From contig OZ253462.1 in the NCBI GenBank assembly GCA_965261395.1, positions 4,352,001-4,416,000 of the forward strand: a stretch of 64,000 nt of DNA, given 5' to 3'. The stretch is from Candidatus Latescibacterota bacterium. GTDB taxonomy: Bacteria > Latescibacterota > UBA2968 > UBA8231. Under the pieces are notes generated by a model, which saw nothing but the letters and a program-made list of their open reading frames with translations, ran no database searches and was not told where the DNA came from. The position numbers and the translations under genes were made by a program. Shown one piece after another: positions 56,789-64,000 of this stretch; position 1 is the stretch's first letter, and the number at the start of each line of letters is the position of its first letter.

Positions 56789-58422
56789 TGACTAGTACCC
56801 TCCTCTATGGCCACGTATTGCCGTCCGGGCAGGGCCTCCACGACTTGGACGACACCGGACGGCCAACGAATCTCAACTCGCTCGGCAACCTCGGCGTTCC
56901 CGAGGCCAAAGAGCACATGGGGGTCGTTCGACGACAGATAGCTCGCACTGCGGCGGACCTCGCGCACGAGGGTGCGACCGCCGGTCGTCAGCGCGACCCG
57001 CGCACCAATGGCGTCGCGGTTGCTCGCCGTGCCCCGCAACCTAAGCCCCAACCACCCGCTGGCCTCGGTGTCGTTGCGCAACAGGGCTGGCCGGTCGTTG
57101 GAGTTATTCACCGCAATATCTAAGTCGCCGTCGCTGTCGATGTCGCCGAAGGCGGCCCCGCGACTGACCTGTACCAGCGCGAGGCCCGGGCCGCGGTCGC
57201 CGCGCTCTACAAAAGTACCCGCGCCGGCGTTTTCGAGTAGCTGATTGCGCTGCGCGTACTCAGCCGCCCGATCAACCTTTTCCACGTTGTCGTACACGTG
57301 ACCATTGGCGACGAACAGGTCGAGATCGCCATCGTTGTCGCAGTCGAAAAACCCCGTGCCAAACCCGAGAAAGGCCATGCTGGCGCGGGTGATGCCCGAC
57401 GCTACGGTCGCATCCGCAAAAAACCCGCCGCCCAAGTTGCTGTACAGGGTATTGCTCTCCCACTGGAAGTTGGTCACGAACAAATCCAAGTCCCCGTCGC
57501 CGTCTGCATCGGCCATGTCAACGCCCATCCCAGCCTCGACAGCCCCCTCGTCGTTGAGGCTGGTGCCGCTGGCAAGCCCCCGATTGACAAAGCGCGCGCC
57601 GTCGTTGCGGTAGAGCATGTTGGGCACGAGGTCGTTGGCCAGGTACAAGTCAGGATCGCCATCTTGGTCGTAGTCGCCAAAGACGACCCCTAACTCCTTG
57701 CCGGCCGTGCTGGCGAGGCCGAAGGCCGCCGTGCGGTCGGCAAAAGCCCAACCACCCGCGTGGCCCTCGTTGATATAGAGGCGATCAACCTGGCCGTCGA
57801 ACTTGCGCGGGTCGCAGTAGAGCCGCTCCTCGCTGTTGCCAATCCGGCACACGAGCGGATCCTCGGTCGGGTAGTCGAGGTAGTTGCCGACGAATAGATC
57901 CAAATCCCCATCGAGATCCACATCGGCAAAGGCCGCGCTCGTTCCCCACCCTGGGCAGCCAACGTCGGCCGCGACCGTGACGTCGGCAAAGCGGCCCGTG
58001 CCCTCGTTGCGAAAGAGCGCGTTGGGCCCAAAATTGGTGACGTAGAGGTCGGCCCAGCCGTCGTTGTCGTAGTCGCCGACGGCCGCGCCCATGCCGTAGC
58101 CGTGATCGCCGACGCCGGTCCGCGCCGTCTGCTCTGAAAAGCGACCCGCGCCCTCGTTGCGAAAAAGCGCGTTGGCCGCTTCGGGCGCGTTTGATAGCTC
58201 GGGCAACCGCCCGGAATTGACCAAATAGAGATCGAGTGCGCCATCGCCGTCAAAATCCAAAAACGCGGCCCCAGAGCCATAGGTCTCGGGCAAATAGCGC
58301 GCACCGGCCGCGCCACTGCGATGGACGAAATCAACCCCAGCCGATTGCGCGATATCGACAAAGCGCGATTCCGCAGCGGCACTGCAACACAGCAGCAGGA
58401 CCATGCCGTAGTGCGCCTTCAC
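56785..58422 (-). CDS. CRTAC1-family protein (FG-GAP plus ASPIC/UnbV)
   Basis: DFDGDGALD, DYDNDGWAD, SRGAAFGD, SNRDAIGARV, FGLG, RWPSG. Confidence 0.9.
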   Translation of the reverse strand: MKAHYGMVLLLCCSAAAESRFVDIAQSAGVDFVHRSGAAGARYLPETYGSGAAFLDFDGDGALDLYLVNSGRLPELSNAPEAANALFRNEGAGRFSEQTARTGVGDHGYGMGAAVGDYDNDGWADLYVTNFGPNALFRNEGTGRFADVTVAADVGCPGWGTSAAFADVDLDGDLDLFVGNYLDYPTEDPLVCRIGNSEERLYCDPRKFDGQVDRLYINEGHAGGWAFADRTAAFGLASTAGKELGVVFGDYDQDGDPDLYLANDLVPNMLYRNDGARFVNRGLASGTSLNDEGAVEAGMGVDMADADGDGDLDLFVTNFQWESNTLYSNLGGGFFADATVASGITRASMAFLGFGTGFFDCDNDGDLDLFVANGHVYDNVEKVDRAAEYAQRNQLLENAGAGTFVERGDRGPGLALVQVSRGAAFGDIDSDGDLDIAVNNSNDRPALLRNDTEASGWLGLRLRGTASNRDAIGARVALTTGGRTLVREVRRSASYLSSNDPHVLFGLGNAEVAERVEIRWPSGVVQVVEALPGRQYVAIEEGTSQ

Positions 58423-60116
58423 GGCCCCAGCCTCGGCACCGGCCCAAACCCCTCGGTGAAAAGGCCTGCGCCGCGCCGGATGGTGATCAATCGGTTGCCC
58501 GCTACCCCGTCGATGCGCTCTTCCACCCCATCGGGCCAGCGCACCACGAGGTGGTCTGCCGCGGTCGCCTCCCCCAAGCCAAAGTGCAGCCGCAGGTCAT
58601 CCTGTGACAGGTACCCCGTGCCTGCGCGCACTTCCCGCATTTGCACCGCGCCGCCCACCGAGACCGCAACTCGCGCGCCAATGGCACCTGTATTGCCCCC
58701 GTCGGCGAGCAGCCTCACCATCAGATAGTTGTGGCGATTGCCCCCGTCGTTGCGCAGCAAGGTCGGCGTGTCGTCGATATTAACAATCACAATGTCCAAG
58801 TCGCCGTCGTTGTCCAAATCCCCGAAGGCTGAGCCACGGCTCGACTTCTCCACTGCTAGGCCTGGGCCCGCGGCTGCGCCAACCTCGATAAATGCGCCGT
58901 CGCGATTTTCAAACAGATGATTGCGCTGGGCGTAGCGGGTCCCCAAGTCGCGGCGGTCAACAGCCAGGTACACGTGGCCGTTGGCAACGAACAGGTCGTC
59001 GTCGCCGTCGTTGTCGTAATCGAAAAAACCCGTCCCCCACCCCAAGGAGCTGATGCTCGCGCGGCCGAGGGTCGAACTGAAACTGGCGTCGGTGAAAAAT
59101 CCCCGGCCATTGTTGTCGTAGAGCGAGTTGTTGTCGTGCGAAAAATTAGTGACGAACAGGTCGAAATCGCCGTCGCGATCGTAGTCGCCGGCCGCCAAGC
59201 CCATACCGCCCTGTTCGCGGCCGTCCTCGCTATACGCAGTCGCCGACAGGAGCGACACATCCGCAAACACACCCCGGTCGTTGCGGTAGAGCACATTCGG
59301 CGTCGAATCATTGGCAATGTAGATGTCCAAGTCGCCGTCCTCGTCCCAGTCGCCGGCCAGCGTAGCAAAGCCATAGTACTCGTGGTCGGCAATGCCAACC
59401 GCCGCACTCGCCTCGGCAAAGGCCCAATCCGCGCTGGGGCCGTCGTTGCGGTAAAACAAATCCCGCTCGCCAGGCATCCCGCGCGGGCCGCAGAATACGT
59501 CCAGTCCTCGCCAAGTGCAATAACTTGGATCGGCCGGGCGAAACGCCGGGTCAAAGTCGATGTAATTAGCCAAGTAGAAGTCCAAGTCGCCGTCGAGGTC
59601 GTAGTCGCCAAAGGCCGCAGACGAACTCCAACCGCCAAAATCCACGCCCCGTTCGGCAGCCACATCGACAAACGTGCCGTCGCCCTTGTTTTCGTATAGG
59701 GCATTGGGGCCGTAGTTTGCTAGATACAGATCGGGCCATCCGTCGGCATTGTAGTCGGCTGCGGTCGCTCCCATGCCCCAGCCTACATGGGCAACCCCAG
59801 CCTCTTGGCCAACGCCGGTAAAGCGCCAAGCGCCGTCATTGCGGTACAGCTCGGCGCGGGGTTCGCGGCCCGGGGCATACCCGGCGAGGCGCGTGCCGTT
59901 GACGATAAAAATATCCACGTCCCCGTCTAGGTCGTAGTCCAAAAGGGCCGTCCCGCCCGTGTTGCATTCGACGATGTGCTCTTTTTGCGGCGTCCCGGAT
60001 ACCGTGCGCAAGCGAACGCCCGCTTCGGCGGCCACATCGACGAAAAGGGGCCGGGCCTCCTCGCTCCCGCACCCTGCCAACGCCCAAATTGCGGCTGCGG
60101 CTAGTACAAACCGCAT
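58419..60116 (-). CDS. CRTAC1-family lipoprotein (FG-GAP plus ASPIC/UnbV)
   Basis: Lipobox LAGC; DYDLDGD repeats, SRGSAFGD, LHFGLG, RWPDG. Confidence 0.9.
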   Translation of the reverse strand: MRFVLAAAAIWALAGCGSEEARPLFVDVAAEAGVRLRTVSGTPQKEHIVECNTGGTALLDYDLDGDVDIFIVNGTRLAGYAPGREPRAELYRNDGAWRFTGVGQEAGVAHVGWGMGATAADYNADGWPDLYLANYGPNALYENKGDGTFVDVAAERGVDFGGWSSSAAFGDYDLDGDLDFYLANYIDFDPAFRPADPSYCTWRGLDVFCGPRGMPGERDLFYRNDGPSADWAFAEASAAVGIADHEYYGFATLAGDWDEDGDLDIYIANDSTPNVLYRNDRGVFADVSLLSATAYSEDGREQGGMGLAAGDYDRDGDFDLFVTNFSHDNNSLYDNNGRGFFTDASFSSTLGRASISSLGWGTGFFDYDNDGDDDLFVANGHVYLAVDRRDLGTRYAQRNHLFENRDGAFIEVGAAAGPGLAVEKSSRGSAFGDLDNDGDLDIVIVNIDDTPTLLRNDGGNRHNYLMVRLLADGGNTGAIGARVAVSVGGAVQMREVRAGTGYLSQDDLRLHFGLGEATAADHLVVRWPDGVEERIDGVAGNRLITIRRGAGLFTEGFGPVPRLGP

Positions 60117-60117
60117 T

Positions 60118-61362
60118 TTACTGTTGTGCCCTCAATGATGCGGCCTCGGCGCGGGCCGCGCGGCCTTCTGCCACGTGGCCCTGCTGAATCAGCGCCGTTG
60201 CCAAGCCATCGAGAGCCGAGACCATACTCCCGTCGAGGGCCAAGGCGCGACGAAACGCGGCGACCGCCTCTGCGTACTCGCCGAGGGCCAAGCTGTTGTT
60301 GCCTATGTTCTCAAAGGCCAAAGCGTAGTCGGGCTTGTGGCGCACCGCGCGTAGCAAAAAGGGCCGGGCGATCGCGTGTTGCTCTTGCAGCGAATAGATC
60401 ACCCCGATGTTGTGGCTGGCCTCCGCGTACGTGGAATCGAGCGCCAAGGCCGCCTCAAACTGCTCGAGTGCCGCCGCCAGCTCCTTTCTGCGCAAATAGA
60501 CTAGTCCCAAGTTGAAATGCGTGGCCGCCTGCTTGTCAGTCGCCAGCGGTACGGCTTGGCGATAGAGCAAGCGGCGGTAGTGATCCTCGTCCATCGTCGT
60601 GCTACTCAACTGCTGGAAAAGCTCGATCATCCGCGCCCCCTCGGCGACGCGGCCCGTGCGTGCATAGAGCGTGCCCAAGCTGTAATAGGCCGAGGTGTAA
60701 CCCGGGTCTGCGGCAATGGTCTGCTCCATCGCCGCCATGGCCCGCGGATCGTCCTGCAAGCGCAAGTACACCAGTGCCAAGTAGTAGCGGGCGTGAGCCA
60801 AGCCGGGGTCGAGTTCGATTGCCTTCAGTAGCGCGGTCTTGGCGCTTTCGTTGTCACCGCGTGAACACAGCACAAAACCCAGCACGAAGTGCCCATAGCC
60901 GCTCTCCGCGGCCAATTGCAGCCCATCTTCGGCTGTTGCAATCGCCTTTTCGTACCCGTCGCCACGCTCGTTGTATAGCAATGCCAAGGCCCAGTACACC
61001 TCGGCAAAGGCCGGCGCTTTTGCGAATGCGCGCTTAAAGGAAGCTATGGCCTCGCTTTTGCGGTGCTCTTTGGCGAGGGTAACCCCGAGATAGTAGTGAG
61101 CATCCGCATCGTCGGGCGCAACCGCGACCAGTTCGGACAACACGGCGGTGGCGCGGCGCGTGCGGTCCTTTTGCAGGTAGAGCCACCCCAAGGCCAAGAG
61201 CACCTCTGGGTCTGCGGGGTTTTGCTCGTAGGCGCGCTGGTAGAACGCAAGGGGCTGGGGCGTGGCAGGCTTTTTGAGGACGTGGCGTTCCGGAGAGCCA
61301 CAGCCGATCCCTGCGAGGAAGCCGACTAGCCCTATCCACGCCATGGCAAGGCGCATATCCAT
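60118..61362 (-). CDS. TPR-repeat lipoprotein
   Basis: Lipobox GIGC; TPRs (AHYYLG, AYYSLG, HFNLG). Confidence 0.88.
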   Translation of the reverse strand: MDMRLAMAWIGLVGFLAGIGCGSPERHVLKKPATPQPLAFYQRAYEQNPADPEVLLALGWLYLQKDRTRRATAVLSELVAVAPDDADAHYYLGVTLAKEHRKSEAIASFKRAFAKAPAFAEVYWALALLYNERGDGYEKAIATAEDGLQLAAESGYGHFVLGFVLCSRGDNESAKTALLKAIELDPGLAHARYYLALVYLRLQDDPRAMAAMEQTIAADPGYTSAYYSLGTLYARTGRVAEGARMIELFQQLSSTTMDEDHYRRLLYRQAVPLATDKQAATHFNLGLVYLRRKELAAALEQFEAALALDSTYAEASHNIGVIYSLQEQHAIARPFLLRAVRHKPDYALAFENIGNNSLALGEYAEAVAAFRRALALDGSMVSALDGLATALIQQGHVAEGRAARAEAASLRAQQ

Positions 61363-61376
61363 AGCTAATTAGGCAG

Positions 61377-61416
61377 TAAAACGCCCGGCATCTCCTACTA
61401 GAGAACACCGGGCGCT
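61377..61416 (-). terminator. Intrinsic terminator/attenuator after the large outer-membrane-like gene
   Basis: Minus strand CGCCCGG...CCGGGCG hairpin followed by TTTT. Confidence 0.65.
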
Positions 61417-61447
61417 TTGGATCCACAAAGAAATAGTGCAGCCTCTA

Positions 61448-64000
61448 CTACTGGAGACCCGCGAAGACCCGAATGAAGAGCAGCGAGTTGGTCTCGGTCG
61501 CTTCGGCAAAGGCTCGGCGCTCCCAGCGAAAGCCCGTGTTCATGGTCAACGAATAACCGAGGTACGCCGACCTGTTGGAAAGCTGCAAGGCCAGCACCGA
61601 ACCCGTGAAGTCATCGACGTACCCGGGCGGCAAGATCTCCGGGCGCTCTTCGAGGTTGCGGAAGAGGTTGAACTCGACGCCGTATTCGATAAAGGTCGCG
61701 GGTAGGATGAAGTACTTCGAGGTCAGCATGTAAAACTGCGACCACTCGGTGATGTCGAGGTCGGTGCTAAAGGTTGGATTGATCTTGCGGTAGACGCTCT
61801 TGTAGCGCGGCCAGAAAGACAAGTTGTCGGTAATCGGCAGCGGATAATCCACCTTGTTGATCGCGCCAAAAAAGAGGCGATCGTCTTTGACCTCGGCCTG
61901 CTCGCCGCGCTGCCTAAACCAATCGTACTTCACCTTGTTGTAGATATTCAGGTTTTTAAGGCGCAGATAATCGAACGTCAGATAACCGGTCCAAACAAAG
62001 GTGTCTTGGGCGATCAGCGGGTCGATGGCTTCGCGAAATCCATCTGGATCGACCCATTGGATCACATCGTCTTCGATGTCGTCTTGGACCGAGCGAGCGT
62101 ATTGGAAAGCTCGGGCCTCGATGCCCGGCCATTTCCACTGGCCCGTGAGCACCGCATAGCTCATCTGCGCGCTGCGCTTGGAGCTGATCTCGTCGGCCGC
62201 GGAGTTGCCTACCGTCAGCTTGATACCTTCGGTCAAGTAAACACCCCCGTACACGTTGTAGCCATCGCGATCCTGTCGGTAGGGGTAATCGGCGAAGGTG
62301 TCGTTCTCAAAGCGGTCAATGACGTTGTTGTTGTTCATGTCAACGCCAAAGAGGAACTCGGGCGGATCGACGTTATAGCGCAGAAATGGCTCGGCGAAAT
62401 CCGGCTGGCTGTTGTCGTTTTGGTTAAAGTCCGAGATGAAATCCGCGTTCTCGTCGTAGCCGGGAAAGACCTGCGTGTCGGCTTGGCCGCCGACGCCAAA
62501 AGGCGATTCGCGAAAGATGTTGTCGCCGTTCTGCCACAGTCGCTTCCAGTCGGCAAAGCGGTCTTGGTCGTCGTTGTCGTCAACCGCTTCAAAGGAATAG
62601 CGCTCTGGGTGTTCGTAGTCGATGAAACCCCGCGCATCCGCAATAAACGCATTGGTCTGATACTCGGGTTCTAGACGGTAGAATTCTCCGTACGCGAAGA
62701 ACGGATAAACGTCCTGTGAGGCCGTGAGGTAGTAAGCCAAGCCATCGTCTTGGGCGAGGGTGTGTTCTTGGAAATTCTGGTTGGGGAAGCGGCGAAACGC
62801 CCGGCTGAGGGCAATCTCCGAGCGCAGATTGAAGCCCTTGACATCGTCTATGTCAAAGTTGAGGCCAATGATGTCCTTGCCGGTGGGCAGGCCGTATTCA
62901 AAGCGTATAAAGCGCTGGTTTGAACCGTCGCTGACGTTGCCATGGGCGCGCTCGACCTCCAAGAACACGGGCTCGCCCTGGCTGTTGACTTGGAGATTGG
63001 AGGTGATTTCGATCCGGTAGTCGTTGGCGATGACCAATTCGAACTCGATCTCGCTGATCTCCTGAAACGTGGTGATCTGGTCATCGGGCTGTTGGCGAAA
63101 ATCGCGGGCGATGTTGTAGGTCAGCTCTAGGGTTTCGGCCCCATTGGCCTCGATGACGCCCGCGCGCCGCACGCCACCGCGCGGCGAGGGAACAATTTCG
63201 GGATGATCAACCCCGTCGATGATAATGCGCTCGGCAAAAAGCTGGGCACCGCCTACGCCGTCTTCGGGCGAATCGTCGGAGAGCCGCAGGACAATCGTCT
63301 CGACATTGCCGCCGTTTTGGGCCTCGGTCAACACGCCTTTGAGCGAGTTGTCGCCCAGCTTGCGACCCGTGGAGAAGTTGGCAATGTTCAAATAAGTAAA
63401 GCCTAGCTTGGAGAAATCCCCGAGCTGCACTTTGGAATGCGCGCCGAAGAGATTCGTCATGTCGCCTAGGATCTGGCCGAGCGAATTTTCAAACGACACA
63501 GGTGAGCCAGGGGAAGCCAAGCGCGACGCTAGGAGGGTCATCTGGTACTTGTCGGCGGCAAAGTCCCACTGCACTCCGTTGAAGGCTGGCTTGGAAAAGG
63601 TCAGCGGCGTCAGGGTGGAGCGCAGGGCCTCGCCAATGGTCATCGACGAGTAGAACTGCCCCTTTGACATGGACGAGACGAGCAAGCTATTAAACCACCC
63701 TGAGTACTTGGGGCCCTTGCGCACTGTACTGCCCGAAGTCACTGGGCTATCGTTCGACCAGTTGTATACCTCAAAGCCGCGGGTAATATAATTGCCGTAC
63801 AGGTCGTAGGTGCGAAATCCTTCTAGCTCAATCGACACGTAGCGCTGGTAGCTTTCGCGGGCGTAGTTGCTGTATTCCTCGCCGGTCCAGCGGTAGAAGT
63901 GATACAGACTTTGCGGATACTGCCACTTCCGCTGCGCCGGTGTCATCGCCATCTCATATACTTCCACGCCTCGCGGCTCGCGTCCGGTGAGAAAACCGAC
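61448..64000 (-). CDS. Large exported protein, probable outer-membrane beta-barrel; 5' end beyond the window
   Basis: Frame is open to the window edge (>850 aa); aromatic-rich alternating beta strands; acidic Ca-binding-like loops (DDNDDQD, DENAD, DMNNNN); ends FIRVFAGLQ. Confidence 0.65.
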   Translation of the reverse strand, partial: VGFLTGREPRGVEVYEMAMTPAQRKWQYPQSLYHFYRWTGEEYSNYARESYQRYVSIELEGFRTYDLYGNYITRGFEVYNWSNDSPVTSGSTVRKGPKYSGWFNSLLVSSMSKGQFYSSMTIGEALRSTLTPLTFSKPAFNGVQWDFAADKYQMTLLASRLASPGSPVSFENSLGQILGDMTNLFGAHSKVQLGDFSKLGFTYLNIANFSTGRKLGDNSLKGVLTEAQNGGNVETIVLRLSDDSPEDGVGGAQLFAERIIIDGVDHPEIVPSPRGGVRRAGVIEANGAETLELTYNIARDFRQQPDDQITTFQEISEIEFELVIANDYRIEITSNLQVNSQGEPVFLEVERAHGNVSDGSNQRFIRFEYGLPTGKDIIGLNFDIDDVKGFNLRSEIALSRAFRRFPNQNFQEHTLAQDDGLAYYLTASQDVYPFFAYGEFYRLEPEYQTNAFIADARGFIDYEHPERYSFEAVDDNDDQDRFADWKRLWQNGDNIFRESPFGVGGQADTQVFPGYDENADFISDFNQNDNSQPDFAEPFLRYNVDPPEFLFGVDMNNNNVIDRFENDTFADYPYRQDRDGYNVYGGVYLTEGIKLTVGNSAADEISSKRSAQMSYAVLTGQWKWPGIEARAFQYARSVQDDIEDDVIQWVDPDGFREAIDPLIAQDTFVWTGYLTFDYLRLKNLNIYNKVKYDWFRQRGEQAEVKDDRLFFGAINKVDYPLPITDNLSFWPRYKSVYRKINPTFSTDLDITEWSQFYMLTSKYFILPATFIEYGVEFNLFRNLEERPEILPPGYVDDFTGSVLALQLSNRSAYLGYSLTMNTGFRWERRAFAEATETNSLLFIRVFAGLQ

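Overview
GC-rich bacterial chromosomal window. The T9SS/FlgD-type C-terminal sorting domains and expanded TPR/FG-GAP proteins suggest an FCB-superphylum organism, possibly Latescibacterota/Gemmatimonadota-like (inference). Left to right: (1) a sigma-54-driven phage-shock-protein-like operon with pspA, a membrane-wHTH protein, two PspB-like paralogs, a soluble TPR histidine kinase and an NtrC-type regulator; (2) metabolic and housekeeping genes, including a Na+/solute symporter, aldehyde dehydrogenase, D-amino-acid aminotransferase, M20 amidohydrolase, USP-EIIA fusion, nth, a Wzi-GT2-radical SAM-GT2 cluster, eno, ssb, an orphan ftsA, tRNA-Thr(CGT), an ABC exporter, mltG, uvrD/pcrA, mtaB and miaB; (3) a lower-GC accessory patch (about 32960-37560) with a hammerhead-like structured RNA candidate and two paralogous lipoproteins with repeat linkers and unrelated Cys-rich tips, one cleanly split by an intact IS5-family element; (4) two tandem secreted PQQ-type beta-propeller paralogs, one with a diheme cytochrome c insert; (5) a ~19 kb co-directional minus-strand envelope/secretion-like gene run: putative outer-membrane protein, TPR lipoproteins, FG-GAP/ASPIC proteins, a PpiC chaperone, three CTD-bearing paralogs and a His-rich membrane-TPR protein. 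All calls come from reading motifs by eye; no database searches or folding programs were run.
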